Source: Escherichia phage vB_EcoS_swan01
Length of the DNA: 50,865 nt
Sequence record: NC_048202.1
Strand: one strand, 5' to 3'
The notes under the pieces were generated by a model. The model was not told the origin of the DNA. It saw only the letters and a program-made list of their open reading frames with translations, and did not search any database. Below, piece after piece: positions 20,386-30,151 of the stretch. The translations under genes were made by a program, and so were the position numbers. Numbering within the stretch: position 1 is the stretch's first letter; each line of letters opens with the position of its first letter.

Positions 20386-21357
20386 TTAAACTGACTTTTT
20401 CAAGCCAGTAATAAGCACCATCGTAAACGGACGGTAAATCGTAAGGCCAGTACACTTGGAAGTGCAAGGAACCTTGAAATGAAGGTCTTTTGGCTGCGCC
20501 GGAAGCATGTTAAACGCTTCTGGAATCTCAATGCTCATGTTCATTGGATCTTTTTCGTAAACCAAGCAACCTTTCGTACCTTTGCCGTCAATATCCTCAA
20601 GCTCTGCGATAGAGTCGATAGTGATTCCGCCGTTTTGCTTCTGGAAGTATTCAAGATAACTTTCAGTGGTATTTTCCATTCGAACCGTCAAGACTTTACG
20701 CATGGACGGCGGGATCAGGATGTTAGTCGCGCGGTGCTGACCTTTTGTTACTTCCTCGATAGTCTCGATTGCAGCCTCCAGTTCATCGCTTGCCACATCA
20801 GGGAACTTGGTGTTTCCATCCTTGCTCATCCATCCTTTAGAAACAATTTTCGTAAGGTTAGGGTGATCGAAAACGGAAACGATCTTATGAGGCTTGGAAC
20901 CTTTGAACACCAGGAAGTTAATCAACTGATCATGCGCATTTTGCGCAGCGTTAGCCTTGCGAGTTGACAGGCTCTTGCCAGTTCGCTGACCTGCTTTAAT
21001 CTCATCAATGGAGATCAGAAAAGCGTTACCCAGGCGGAACACCTTGCCAAATTCAGAAGTCATCAGCGCGTCCACGGTCGGCAGATCGTCGGTGTAGTCG
21101 GCGATAATTTTCGCGTAGCCAACCTTATCAAAAGTCTGATACTCAAAAGTCTTATCAGTATCAGAAAGCTCGTTTGTTACAGGGAATACGCGAAGTGCGG
21201 AACCTGCCGGATACTCTTTCTCGTATGCGGTAGAGCGGATCTTGTGTAGCTCTTGAGCGGTCCAAATACCCATATCAGAAGCATCACCCTTAACGCCCTG
21301 AATCTGCAAATGATTTGCTACAATAGTAGCATCTAATTCATCGTATTTTTTAGCCAT
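20386..21357 (-). CDS. major capsid protein (putative)
   Basis: about 323 aa starting at MAKKYDELD with GGAGG RBS; bracketed by a hairpin upstream and a strong terminator downstream; position between decoration-like and neck genes. Confidence 0.6.
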   Translation of the reverse strand: MAKKYDELDATIVANHLQIQGVKGDASDMGIWTAQELHKIRSTAYEKEYPAGSALRVFPVTNELSDTDKTFEYQTFDKVGYAKIIADYTDDLPTVDALMTSEFGKVFRLGNAFLISIDEIKAGQRTGKSLSTRKANAAQNAHDQLINFLVFKGSKPHKIVSVFDHPNLTKIVSKGWMSKDGNTKFPDVASDELEAAIETIEEVTKGQHRATNILIPPSMRKVLTVRMENTTESYLEYFQKQNGGITIDSIAELEDIDGKGTKGCLVYEKDPMNMSIEIPEAFNMLPAQPKDLHFKVPCTSKCTGLTIYRPFTMVLITGLKKSV

Positions 21358-21400
21358 TTTGTTTCCTCCATAAAAGGCCGTTAAATGTAACGGCCTAGAT

Positions 21401-21445
21401 GATAGCACTTTTTGTTAAAGCGTCAAAGCGTTTTTATGTTATTCA
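21401..21445 (+). promoter_or_regulatory. motif copy inverted relative to the late genes (GATAGCACTTTTTGTTAAAG)
   Basis: conserved motif; a weak sigma70-like arrangement TTGTTA-N17-TATGTT points antisense into 21439..22452; in gene sense the motif precedes a hairpin and the capsid gene RBS. Confidence 0.4.
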
Positions 21446-22452
21446 GGATCGGTAATGGTTAGTCTTTGCTGACCTTTAACGCCAGAACCATCCGCAGCGG
21501 TCCAGATAACATCAACTTCGCCAGCGGCACTGGTAGTTACCAGTCCAGTGCTAGGATCTACGGATGCAAAATCACCATTTGACAACGACCAAGATCCGGA
21601 TTTATTGGTAGCATCTTCTGGAGCAACGACAACGCTCGCCTGAACGGTTTCACCAACAATTGCAGAATTTTTCTCAAGGCTTACGGTTGCACTAGCGACG
21701 CTAACAACAGCTTTTTCGAATTGATAAACAATCGCGGCCTTAGTCTTGCTTGCATCGTTAGCCGTCCAATTTACGTTTACACTACCGAATGCATCACCAC
21801 CAACAGGAGTTAGAATACCGGTATCGGCATCAATAGTCGCAATGTTTACAGCATCAACAGACCAAACACCAGTTTTATCGGTGGCGTTGCCAGGCTCTAC
21901 TGTGATACTGCATTTTACAGGAGCATTGTTTGGCTGCGGACTATCCTTGTCAGTGTTAATTGTTGCAGACTCTACCAGCACCACATGAGGCGGAGGGGGT
22001 GGAACGATTAGAGCATTTTGCTTCACCTGAACCTCAATAATGTGACCGTCTTCGTGCTTAACAAAGCCACCAGCAAAGGTCCAGCCAACATAATCATCTA
22101 CGCCAGTTACTACTCCTCCAACACCGATTTTTAGTTTTGAGAATGATTTCGGGGCTTCACTAAGAGAAGTAAGCGCCCACACCCGACCGTGAGAAACGAC
22201 GTTACACACCTCTCCGTCGAGAATTTTACCGCTCAGGTGCTCATATTGGGAACGAAAAGCGATGCCGTAAGGAGTTTCACCATCAGAAAGCGCCGTCACA
22301 ACCCTCATTCCATCCACTATTCCGACAACCCGAACCGCTGATCCAAACTCAATATCACCTTGAGCAACACAAGCGCCATCAATGTTATAGGTTGAAGTAT
22401 CAGAGAGATTGCCAGGACATGCATAGTGCATCATTAAATTTTCATAAGCCAT
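21439..22452 (-). CDS. structural protein with Ig-like C-terminal domains (capsid decoration candidate)
   Basis: N-terminal ~150 aa paralogous to 22512..22991; C-terminal half has tandem Ig-like (Big_2-type) repeats. Confidence 0.5.
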   Translation of the reverse strand: MAYENLMMHYACPGNLSDTSTYNIDGACVAQGDIEFGSAVRVVGIVDGMRVVTALSDGETPYGIAFRSQYEHLSGKILDGEVCNVVSHGRVWALTSLSEAPKSFSKLKIGVGGVVTGVDDYVGWTFAGGFVKHEDGHIIEVQVKQNALIVPPPPPHVVLVESATINTDKDSPQPNNAPVKCSITVEPGNATDKTGVWSVDAVNIATIDADTGILTPVGGDAFGSVNVNWTANDASKTKAAIVYQFEKAVVSVASATVSLEKNSAIVGETVQASVVVAPEDATNKSGSWSLSNGDFASVDPSTGLVTTSAAGEVDVIWTAADGSGVKGQQRLTITDPE

Positions 22453-22464
22453 AATAATTTCTCC

Positions 22465-22496
22465 ATAAAAAAAGGACCATCCTTTTGGATGGTCCC
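22465..22496 (-). terminator. rho-independent terminator
   Basis: ggaccatcc-tttt-ggatggtcc hairpin followed by T-run on the minus strand. Confidence 0.65.
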
Positions 22497-22511
22497 AATA
22501 TTAAACTCTAA

Positions 22512-22991
22512 TTACAGTTGCTGCAACTGAACTTCTACAAGATTAATATCTTTATATTTGACAAATCCGCCAGCGTAGGTCCAGTTAGTAGTGATTGTGC
22601 CGTCTGATTTTTCATGACCATCAACATCAAGTTTAACGGCAGTGCCGAAGACTGGTGCTGTGCTGGACTTTGAACGAATCCAAACTCTGCCAGATGTCAT
22701 TACGTTGATTGCGCTTCCTTCTTCATAAACCATCTGTCCTTGAGAGTTAACAGTTTGCCAGTGAGAACGAATTGCCACACCGTAAGGATATTTTTCTGTT
22801 TCCATGCTCTTAATAAGTTTATGACCTTCAACCGCTTGCACTGCGACAACCTGCACGGCAGTACCAACAAGAATTTCCCCACCTTCACTAACGACGCAAG
22901 CGCCGTCAATGTTGTATTTAGAAGTGTCGGCAACCATGCCAGGTAGTGCGATCGCCATAGTGTCAAAATAACTTGCTCCAATTTTAGCCAT
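22512..22991 (-). CDS. structural protein, paralog of the N-terminal domain of 21439..22452
   Basis: shared motifs DTS(K/T)YNIDGACV, YG(V/I)A(I/F)RS, GRVW and AGGFVK. Confidence 0.5.
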   Translation of the reverse strand: MAKIGASYFDTMAIALPGMVADTSKYNIDGACVVSEGGEILVGTAVQVVAVQAVEGHKLIKSMETEKYPYGVAIRSHWQTVNSQGQMVYEEGSAINVMTSGRVWIRSKSSTAPVFGTAVKLDVDGHEKSDGTITTNWTYAGGFVKYKDINLVEVQLQQL

Positions 22992-23003
22992 TTTAATTAC
23001 TCC

Positions 23004-24119
23004 TTATTTCAGTTTCTCAAAACGAGCGTTAGGATTCAGCTTAGAACCTGCGTCATCCTGTTTTTCATTAGCGAAAGAGTCACCTTTAATGCTCTTACGC
23101 TGTGCCGCCATTTTATCAGAGTTTTTGGCGATGTCGAAAGCTGTTTCGATATAGGCATCAGTTTTATCGGAAACGTCATTGCCCATAACTTCTTTGATGT
23201 ATGCAACCTTGATTGCTTTCGCATCCAGGCCGTCGCACTTGATGCCTAACTCTTTAGCGTCTGCTACTAATTGAGCATGTTGCGCGGCATCTTCTTTGGC
23301 TTTCTTGACTGCGGCATCAATCTGATCCTGAATGCCATCTACTTTGGTTTGCAGTGCATCTCGCTCAGCTTCCAGGCCGTCCGCCTTTTCTTTCTGTGCT
23401 TTGGCATCAGCTTTCAGTGATTCAATGTGATCCGCAACTGCTTTTGGCACGTCAAACTCTACAGCGCCATCCAGTTTAATTTTTACAGTCATGATTTGAT
23501 CCTCTTTGTTGTTAATAACATCGTCACTATACGGAAAATCTTGCTGGCTATCAAGGTTTAATTTTGCAATGCCAGCTCGACCTCGGAAAACTAACGCGAT
23601 GTGGTTTACCTTGATTTCAGTCTGGATTGCATCAAACTTAACCCAATCAGGAGAATCAGGTTTCCAGTCTTCGCTAACATCCTCATCGAAAACGTACTCA
23701 CCAGTTTTATTATTGCCCCAACCTGGTTTATCAATATCAACCGATGTATAACCAACTGAAATCTCCGCCGTGTCTCGCTTCTTCGCGCTTTCGATTGCTC
23801 GTTTTGAGTAAATGCTTAACGGAACCTCTACGCCGATCCCGTTCGGCACACCAGCGCCAGCACAAGAACCAACTACAACCTTTTCGGCGTTTTCTGGCGT
23901 TACCGTGACGTGACCAACCGTGACCGGCTTCCCTGCAAAGGTGGCGAGCGAGTCGGCCTTGAATACTTCTGACGCAGGGCGAAATTCTCGGCGCTCACCG
24001 AAAGGAGTCTGATAGACTTGTAAACCAATTCGCGCCACGATAGGGCGATCAACTAAAAACCCGTTATCATCAAAGTGCGCCTTTACTTTGGCGCTATCAA
24101 ATCTTTGTTTTGCCTTCAT
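23004..24119 (-). CDS. scaffolding-like protein
   Basis: 371 aa with a long C-terminal coiled-coil (KADAKAQKEKADGLEAERDALQTKVDG); position between MuF-like and capsid-region genes. Confidence 0.45.
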   Translation of the reverse strand: MKAKQRFDSAKVKAHFDDNGFLVDRPIVARIGLQVYQTPFGERREFRPASEVFKADSLATFAGKPVTVGHVTVTPENAEKVVVGSCAGAGVPNGIGVEVPLSIYSKRAIESAKKRDTAEISVGYTSVDIDKPGWGNNKTGEYVFDEDVSEDWKPDSPDWVKFDAIQTEIKVNHIALVFRGRAGIAKLNLDSQQDFPYSDDVINNKEDQIMTVKIKLDGAVEFDVPKAVADHIESLKADAKAQKEKADGLEAERDALQTKVDGIQDQIDAAVKKAKEDAAQHAQLVADAKELGIKCDGLDAKAIKVAYIKEVMGNDVSDKTDAYIETAFDIAKNSDKMAAQRKSIKGDSFANEKQDDAGSKLNPNARFEKLK

Positions 24120-24129
24120 TTAATACCTC

Positions 24130-24885
24130 TTAACTGTTCCAATCTGGTATGGCCCAACAACGACAACCGAAAGGCTCACCAGGAAAATCATGTTCAGAAT
24201 CTAGCGCAATGCGCTTACCTTCCCATTGTACATGCTGCAATCGCTCTCTGTCATCAAGCATACCATGCCAAAAATAATGAGTTACTTTTGAATCATAAAG
24301 ACGCTGGCGCATGAGTCTACTATTCCAAGCGCCTATGATGTTTTCCGCCCTTGTCTTACCCCAAGAGCTATACACTGCGAACCTCTTACCAGCCAATTCA
24401 TTAACCTGGCTATCTCTCATTCCGCGAAAGTTTGCCAATCTAATATTGGTTGACCAGTCAGACACGATGTTTCCAAATAGCTTTTGAAGAGATGCGATCG
24501 TCATGTCATGCCATTGACCGTATAGCGTCCTATACCAACTCTCATTCGCATTGGCCCCAATAGCCATAAGGATGATAACGGCTGAATTTGACTTGCCTCC
24601 CGTTGATTTGGCTACGTTAATAAATTGCTTCGCGTTGAATTTATAAACAGCAAGACCGATAGCCGGAAGTGATGCGGCGATGCCAGCTATTAGCTTTAAC
24701 GCGAAGCTACTAATCTCATCCTCTGCGGCGTTGATTTCTTCGGTGTCCGCGTCAAATTTCATTTCCTTTGTTTTGCTGCGCATCAGCACAACAAGATCCC
24801 TTATCGCCTCCTGAATTGAGCGGCGCAATTGCCGCTCGCTTGCTTCAGGAAAGCGCCATTGTTTAACGACGCCTTTCACTATCAT
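24130..24885 (-). CDS. head morphogenesis protein (Mu F / SPP1 gp7-like)
   Basis: C-terminal W/H-rich motif ending PFGCRCW; immediately downstream of the portal gene. Confidence 0.65.
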   Translation of the reverse strand: MIVKGVVKQWRFPEASERQLRRSIQEAIRDLVVLMRSKTKEMKFDADTEEINAAEDEISSFALKLIAGIAASLPAIGLAVYKFNAKQFINVAKSTGGKSNSAVIILMAIGANANESWYRTLYGQWHDMTIASLQKLFGNIVSDWSTNIRLANFRGMRDSQVNELAGKRFAVYSSWGKTRAENIIGAWNSRLMRQRLYDSKVTHYFWHGMLDDRERLQHVQWEGKRIALDSEHDFPGEPFGCRCWAIPDWNS

Positions 24886-26174
24886 TGATTGCTACCCTCT
24901 GTTGTTCCTGGCTCCGGCTCTACGTCTTGCTCAGGTAATTTAATGTCATTGCCGTCTTTTAGTTTAACGTTAGGCGCAATGGCTCGCAATGTGTCGCGCG
25001 CCTCTTCTGCATCCATGAATTGACCGTCAATAGCCTTACTCAAAGAATCAATGTTCTTGTTCAAGATTTCGGCCTGGTCCTTTTCGCTTGGAACGCTTAA
25101 CGGCGCAAACTGAATGCTCCATTCTTCCTCTTGAATAAGGAACGGGATCAGAAATTCAAGGATTGGTTTGTATTCTTCCTTTCGCTTTCGGTCGATCAGC
25201 TTGTAGAAGGTTTCAAGCGCCGTGTTTTGGCTAGCGCTAACACCGCCAACGTTCTTGTTTTTGAGGATGATTTCATGGATGCCGGAAAGAGATACAATGC
25301 GATCCATCTTCTTTTCCAAGAACGAATCGACGGCAGAAATATCAGAATTTAAAACATCATATTCCTCATCTTCCGCATCAATGCCGATCGCACGGCCTAC
25401 GCCACCCTCATCATCAACTTGAGCAAGTCGCAAACGTGCGGCACTAACACCATCATCATCATCACAAAGATCAGCAAGACCTTTAACTTTCCATACCGCC
25501 TGTTGCTTACGTCGCAACAATTGAGTTGCTAAGTTTTCGCAGTAGTTATAATCACAAATAGCCTCAACAAGTCTCTTATTCAGGATCGACTCACCCCACC
25601 CATCATTTGATTGACGCCGCTGATTTGGTAGCCGCTCACCGTCGATAATACAGACTCGCGAATAGTGAACCTGGTATTCTGGCAAGTCGACACCAGGTGA
25701 AATGGTGTAAATTAATGGCTCACCATATCTTACCTTGCGTGGATTAGTTTCGCGCTTTTCTACCCTAACCTGAAAGCGATCGTAAACGCGAACATCTTCA
25801 AGGATTGCACCAGGCGCTACAGGTGACTTTAACGACCTGCCATCCTGGACGATTGCCACGATTGCAGCGCCACCAAAAAGACGCGACCAGCAAAGCGCAT
25901 CAATGATTTTATCGTTTAGTCGCTTCTCATCCCACAAAGATCTAAAACTTTCCTCATCTTCCACGCCATCAATATTAAATCCAGGCGTCACCATTTCTTC
26001 TGGAACAACGTCGATGATTCGTTTTGCTAGGCCGTCACGAATGTAAAAATCAGCGTGCGTGGTGTATTCGAACCCCTGCATAAAGAAAGGCAACTCTACA
26101 CGCCCATTGCCCTTACTACCCTTGAAAATCTCGTTGTATCCATCGGCCTTAACTAGCCTTGTTTTTTCGCTCAT
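24882..26174 (-). CDS. portal protein
   Basis: about 430 aa, acidic C-terminus, located directly after the large terminase gene. Confidence 0.65.
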   Translation of the reverse strand: MSEKTRLVKADGYNEIFKGSKGNGRVELPFFMQGFEYTTHADFYIRDGLAKRIIDVVPEEMVTPGFNIDGVEDEESFRSLWDEKRLNDKIIDALCWSRLFGGAAIVAIVQDGRSLKSPVAPGAILEDVRVYDRFQVRVEKRETNPRKVRYGEPLIYTISPGVDLPEYQVHYSRVCIIDGERLPNQRRQSNDGWGESILNKRLVEAICDYNYCENLATQLLRRKQQAVWKVKGLADLCDDDDGVSAARLRLAQVDDEGGVGRAIGIDAEDEEYDVLNSDISAVDSFLEKKMDRIVSLSGIHEIILKNKNVGGVSASQNTALETFYKLIDRKRKEEYKPILEFLIPFLIQEEEWSIQFAPLSVPSEKDQAEILNKNIDSLSKAIDGQFMDAEEARDTLRAIAPNVKLKDGNDIKLPEQDVEPEPGTTEGSNQ

Positions 26175-26189
26175 CGTCAAATCTCCATA

Positions 26190-26218
26190 ATAAAAAAGGC
26201 TGGAAAAATCCAGCCTTG
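26190..26218 (-). terminator. hairpin plus T-run between TerL and portal genes
   Basis: aggctgga-aaaat-tccagcct followed by T6 on the minus strand. Confidence 0.5.
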
Positions 26219-26229
26219 ATTATATAACT

Positions 26230-26250
26230 TTTTAGCAATTAGTGCTATTT
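26230..26250 (-). promoter_or_regulatory. motif copy with atypical downstream context
   Basis: AAATAGCACTAATTGCTAAAA on the minus strand overlapping the TerL stop (TAG); TATAAT lies only 8 nt after TTGCTA and a terminator hairpin follows. Confidence 0.4.
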
Positions 26251-27813
26251 ATTGCGTAGACCAGCCAGCTTTTTCATCCTTGCTACCGGATCATCAGCCA
26301 AGTTCATTTCGACGTTAACAGCATCAACTATATTATCGACAATATCATCATGGGGATGAGAATCGTCAAAAGTGAACGCTGCAACCTCTGCCAGTATCTC
26401 AGGTAACATGGGATGACTTTCTGGCAGTGCCACACGTCCGGCCCTCATTACTGGCGCGGCGTCCATTGCTCGCGTTACCTTGTCATTGCTTCGCTGAACG
26501 GGATTTATATCAATCGGGATCTTCTTTTTGGCCCCCTGAATCAAACCCGTGCCGCTGGCCTTATCCTCAATGTGGATACGTCGCAAGCTGCCACACTCCT
26601 TATTGCGCTTCCAGCACTGATTAACGAAGGCAATAAAATTTAATTCAAGATCCGGCGCTTCCCACTTTCCGCGAATGCCATCAATGAAGTAAACGCGATT
26701 CTTATACATCCCCCAATAACAAAAAACTGAATAGTCGTTAAGCTCTCCGGCCTTCTGCGCGGTATCACCAGTAATAAATGTGTATTCAAAGCGATCCGGT
26801 TTAGGAAGTGCGCATTTTTCGCCGCTGCCGTAATACTGGAACCACTCTGTTTTAAACACGTTGCCGCCAAGCGCGATGGGTTGCTGTTGGTACTGACTGG
26901 CGAACGTATAAGGATCTGCATTGCGCAATGCAAGCAATTCCTCCGCGCTTTCCTTTGCAGGCCAAAATGAATAATGAGCAACGCCATCTATCATCACTGG
27001 CTTACTTGACAACACATCACGATCAAATTCAGGCTTCAACCAATCAGGAAGCGTTTCGCGGTATTCTTTCGTAACCAGCGCCGGAATACTCACAACTTTA
27101 AACTCAATACCACCCATCCCGCCATTAAGCATAAACCAGGTGGAATCATTAACGTGTAGTCGCTGTTGCACCATAACAATCGGCGTAGTGTCTTTCATTC
27201 GACGCGATCGCACTGTGTTTTTTAACCGCATGTGGATCGCCTCACGCTTGACCTTAGAAAGCATATCATCCGGCTTGTCTGGATCGTCCAGAACCAGCAT
27301 ACCAGTAAAACCATCGTCCATATAGCCGCCACGCAAACCTGTTACCTGTCCGCCAATAGAACGTGAGTTAACTTGCAATTTAACCTTGCCGCCATCCGTA
27401 ACTATGAGATCTTTTGCGCTCGCCTTTGCCAGTTTTCCTGGCCATAGCTCTTGCCACTCAGGAGAACCGATAATCTCCTTTATCCTGTTGCTGTTTTGCT
27501 GGACAAGTCCATCACTAAACGAAAGGTTAAGGTTTCTCACCTTCCGACTTTTCAATGACGCGTAGGGTGACATGTGGATCGAGAAAATCTCAGTCTTACC
27601 GCTACCTGGCGTAATGTTGAAAATCACATTCTGCGACTCTCCATTGATGATCTTCTCTACCTCACTGCACAATAAGCTAAAATGCCAGTTGCTCTGGAAT
27701 TTTTGCCCCTGCAATAACTGAAACCAGATTCTGATCATCTTTTCGAATGAATGCTCACTGATTTCTTTAATGGCTCGCTTTTGCGCCGCCGTCAAATCTT
27801 CCCATATGATCAT
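26245..27813 (-). CDS. terminase large subunit
   Basis: 522 aa; Walker A-like ITPGSGKTE and Walker B-like LVLDDPD; C-terminal nuclease-like region; follows TerS. Confidence 0.8.
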   Translation of the reverse strand: MIIWEDLTAAQKRAIKEISEHSFEKMIRIWFQLLQGQKFQSNWHFSLLCSEVEKIINGESQNVIFNITPGSGKTEIFSIHMSPYASLKSRKVRNLNLSFSDGLVQQNSNRIKEIIGSPEWQELWPGKLAKASAKDLIVTDGGKVKLQVNSRSIGGQVTGLRGGYMDDGFTGMLVLDDPDKPDDMLSKVKREAIHMRLKNTVRSRRMKDTTPIVMVQQRLHVNDSTWFMLNGGMGGIEFKVVSIPALVTKEYRETLPDWLKPEFDRDVLSSKPVMIDGVAHYSFWPAKESAEELLALRNADPYTFASQYQQQPIALGGNVFKTEWFQYYGSGEKCALPKPDRFEYTFITGDTAQKAGELNDYSVFCYWGMYKNRVYFIDGIRGKWEAPDLELNFIAFVNQCWKRNKECGSLRRIHIEDKASGTGLIQGAKKKIPIDINPVQRSNDKVTRAMDAAPVMRAGRVALPESHPMLPEILAEVAAFTFDDSHPHDDIVDNIVDAVNVEMNLADDPVARMKKLAGLRNK

Positions 27814-28340
27814 TAAAGTTGCTCCAGAATATCAATAACAGCCTCTTTCACCTCATCGGCAGTTACTGCGTCAATGCTTGCATTAGCTGCCGCGCTAGCT
27901 TCAACGCTCACTGTTGCTGGCTTCTCTACGCCGATCTCTTTACCGATAAATCCAGCATTAATCATGTTATTTGCCGCAAGCTGGAATTTTTGCTCGTAAA
28001 TTACTTTATCAACAAACTCCATCACATCGCAGAATCCAGGCTCTTTACGCCATTTGCTTACGGCAGCCTCAGTCACGCCGAGATACAAGCTGAATCCGTT
28101 AACCGTGAAAACGCGAGGCTTGTAAACTCTGCTCTCGTACACGTCACCCTGAAAGGAAGCAGTTTCAGCCGCCTGGATGTGATTCTCTTCGGCCCAAGTG
28201 AAATAGCGGATCGCCATATCAAAAACCTGTTCCGGCGTGTACTTGTGGCGGTTGTTTAGCGTGACAATATCGCCATAAGTTTTATTATATAACTCTTTGA
28301 AATTTAATGCCTTTACAGCAGGCTCAACATTTTTAGCCAT
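27813..28340 (-). CDS. terminase small subunit (putative)
   Basis: about 176 aa directly upstream of TerL with ATGA-type overlap; AAAGGAGG RBS. Confidence 0.55.
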   Translation of the reverse strand: MAKNVEPAVKALNFKELYNKTYGDIVTLNNRHKYTPEQVFDMAIRYFTWAEENHIQAAETASFQGDVYESRVYKPRVFTVNGFSLYLGVTEAAVSKWRKEPGFCDVMEFVDKVIYEQKFQLAANNMINAGFIGKEIGVEKPATVSVEASAAANASIDAVTADEVKEAVIDILEQL

Positions 28341-28390
28341 TATTAATCCTCCTTTGGTTAGATGCCTGATTATACCAGACAACGGGCAAT

Positions 28391-28420
28391 AAAAAACCCG
28401 CCGTGCGGCGGGTAATTTTT
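28391..28420. terminator. bidirectional rho-independent terminator
   Basis: cccgccg-tg-cggcggg hairpin flanked by A6 and T5. Confidence 0.65.
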
Positions 28421-28643
28421 AAGCTGTATATTTTACTTTTCCATCTTTGGCTCGAATGGAATTTAGGATCTTGCTGCCGATCATCAGGTATTGACCACGT
28501 ACAAGCCATTTCTTTTGTTTTTCGCTCCAGATTGCAGAAGCGTACCAACCTTTATTAATCACGAACTTATAAGCAAAGCGCATGACAACGGAAAAGATAA
28601 TGATAGCCATGATAAAACCAATGCAGAAAGATAATGCGATCAT
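28419..28643 (-). CDS. small membrane protein
   Basis: 74 aa with a strongly hydrophobic N-terminal segment. Confidence 0.45.
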   Translation of the reverse strand: MIALSFCIGFIMAIIIFSVVMRFAYKFVINKGWYASAIWSEKQKKWLVRGQYLMIGSKILNSIRAKDGKVKYTA

Positions 28644-28825
28644 TGTAAAGCCCTCACAAGATTAATTGAAAATTGATGTGTTTCAGGATTAGCGCCCGAT
28701 TGCTCTTTTGCTTTTGCTACTGCTTCCAGTTCATCAAGAGCATCAACTACGCATTCATATTCCTGTTTGCATGATTGGCAGTTACGCCCCATTCGCCGGA
28801 TCGTCATCTTCACTTTGTAATTCAT
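28640..28825 (-). CDS. hypothetical protein (Cys-rich)
   Basis: start chosen at MNYKVKM within track ORF 28640..28921; CxxC...C motif. Confidence 0.35.
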   Translation of the reverse strand: MNYKVKMTIRRMGRNCQSCKQEYECVVDALDELEAVAKAKEQSGANPETHQFSINLVRALQ

Positions 28826-29015
28826 CAGCGACAACCTCACGCTTAATGCTGGTAATGTTGTGAATCGGATAAGCAACATTGCCGATAGAAATGCAAGTTT
28901 CGTCACCGCCAAGCTGATCACTTGTCGCTTCTACTGTAAAGCTGTTAACAAAGCTATTGTAGAAAGGATGAATAACGGTATCACGGAAAGAAACGGTTAA
29001 TTTGTATTTAATCAT
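28782..29015 (-). CDS. hypothetical protein
   Basis: 77-aa ORF with acidic C-terminus. Confidence 0.4.
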   Translation of the reverse strand: MIKYKLTVSFRDTVIHPFYNSFVNSFTVEATSDQLGGDETCISIGNVAYPIHNITSIKREVVADELQSEDDDPANGA

Positions 29016-29149
29016 TTTGGATCTCCATTAAAAAAGGCGATACGTCTTACGGATTATTTTGCATTGCAAAAACCTCCTGCATATCGCCGTTGTTGTGTGA
29101 CTATCGCGTCACGCGTTCGGACAAAGCCGCTCTTATGTAAACGACGCCA

Positions 29150-29177
29150 TGCTAACCAATCAGGAAAGAGTTGTCAA
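29150..29177 (-). promoter_or_regulatory. sigma70-like promoter candidate (TTGACA-N17-TAGCAT)
   Basis: consensus -35 with acceptable -10, read on the minus strand in a 160-bp intergenic gap. Confidence 0.35.
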
Positions 29178-29408
29178 TCATTCCCTGTCGAAAGCGTTCC
29201 CCCAACGTCCGCGCAAGTAACCACATAGCCAAATGAATTGAGTGATCGTCAACATTGGCGCGATTGGCTGGTAGTGTTCTGCAATGATGCCCTTCATTAC
29301 TTCATCAACATACTTCCCGCGCTTTTCCACATCCGCTTTCATTGCCTCGCCGCACTTTTTAGCCTGGCGTTTAGCTGCGTTGAATTGCGCCTCGTTCATG
29401 CCGAACAT
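29178..29408 (-). CDS. hypothetical protein
   Basis: start at MFGMNEAQ with GGGGAGAGGA RBS inside track ORF 29178..29429. Confidence 0.5.
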   Translation of the reverse strand: MFGMNEAQFNAAKRQAKKCGEAMKADVEKRGKYVDEVMKGIIAEHYQPIAPMLTITQFIWLCGYLRGRWGNAFDRE

Positions 29409-29536
29409 CAGTATCCTCTCCCCTTCCATTCTTCCGCAAGTTTGAAATAGTTCATAGCTTCTTCTACATCTCCGCGCTCAAGTGCTTCCTCCTGCTTCTC
29501 TTTGCACCATTGCGAGGGTTGTTTGTACTCATCCAT
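29408..29536 (-). CDS. small hypothetical protein (42 aa, below the ORF-track cutoff)
   Basis: ATG with AAGGTGA RBS; stop overlaps the next start (TGATG coupling). Confidence 0.35.
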   Translation of the reverse strand: MDEYKQPSQWCKEKQEEALERGDVEEAMNYFKLAEEWKGRGY

Positions 29537-29606
29537 TAAATCACCTTACCAGAAAAATAGCTCGTTAGAATGCGATTTAGGCGCTCTAACGGCTATGCGT
29601 TTTTAA

Positions 29607-29921
29607 TTAAAAACCGTCGAGAATCTCTCGAAAGTTGTTTAGCGTCTTAACTTTGGCCTTATCCCACGTTACAGATCCTGCATCTTCCCACGGGGAACCA
29701 GGGCCGTGATTTGTCATATCATCAATCAAGCAAGAGATCTCATCAATAACAACATCTTTTAAATGCTCGCGGTACTCAATATCTTCTACAGGCTCAAAAG
29801 CCTGAATGACACCGCCTAAAACCTGTTGCTGTGCCTTTGCCTTGTCCAAATCATCATGGATGAAACGATGCTCTTTCTTGTTCTCGTTAGTTCCGATTTG
29901 GTAGTAGTGAATATAAATCAT
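29607..29921 (-). CDS. hypothetical protein
   Basis: 104-aa ORF in a tightly packed leftward operon. Confidence 0.5.
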   Translation of the reverse strand: MIYIHYYQIGTNENKKEHRFIHDDLDKAKAQQQVLGGVIQAFEPVEDIEYREHLKDVVIDEISCLIDDMTNHGPGSPWEDAGSVTWDKAKVKTLNNFREILDGF

Positions 29922-30151
29922 AAACCTGATTCCTCCATAGTCTCGTTTATGCGCTTCCAGTCTTCAATAGCTTTCTGGATGTATCCAGCCTCGTTGCGCC
30001 ATGCGGCAGTTTCTGCCGCTCGCGTTGGTGCTGGTGTAAGTTGACGGCAAATCTGATCCGCAACTTCACCCATAGCGCCTTCCATACCAAAGCCAGAAAT
30101 GTAGCGCATCACTTGATATGCTTGCTTCTCTGAAAGGTTAATCGTGATCAT
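29918..30151 (-). CDS. hypothetical protein
   Basis: start at MITINLSEKQ; overlapping stop/start with neighbours. Confidence 0.45.
   Translation of the reverse strand: MITINLSEKQAYQVMRYISGFGMEGAMGEVADQICRQLTPAPTRAAETAAWRNEAGYIQKAIEDWKRINETMEESGL

Noticed and set aside
29550-29613. Weak motif-like string (aaaaatagctcg) upstream of gene 29408..29536
   Set aside because: It matches only 8-9 positions of the 21-bp consensus and lacks the TTGTTAAAA half and canonical spacing
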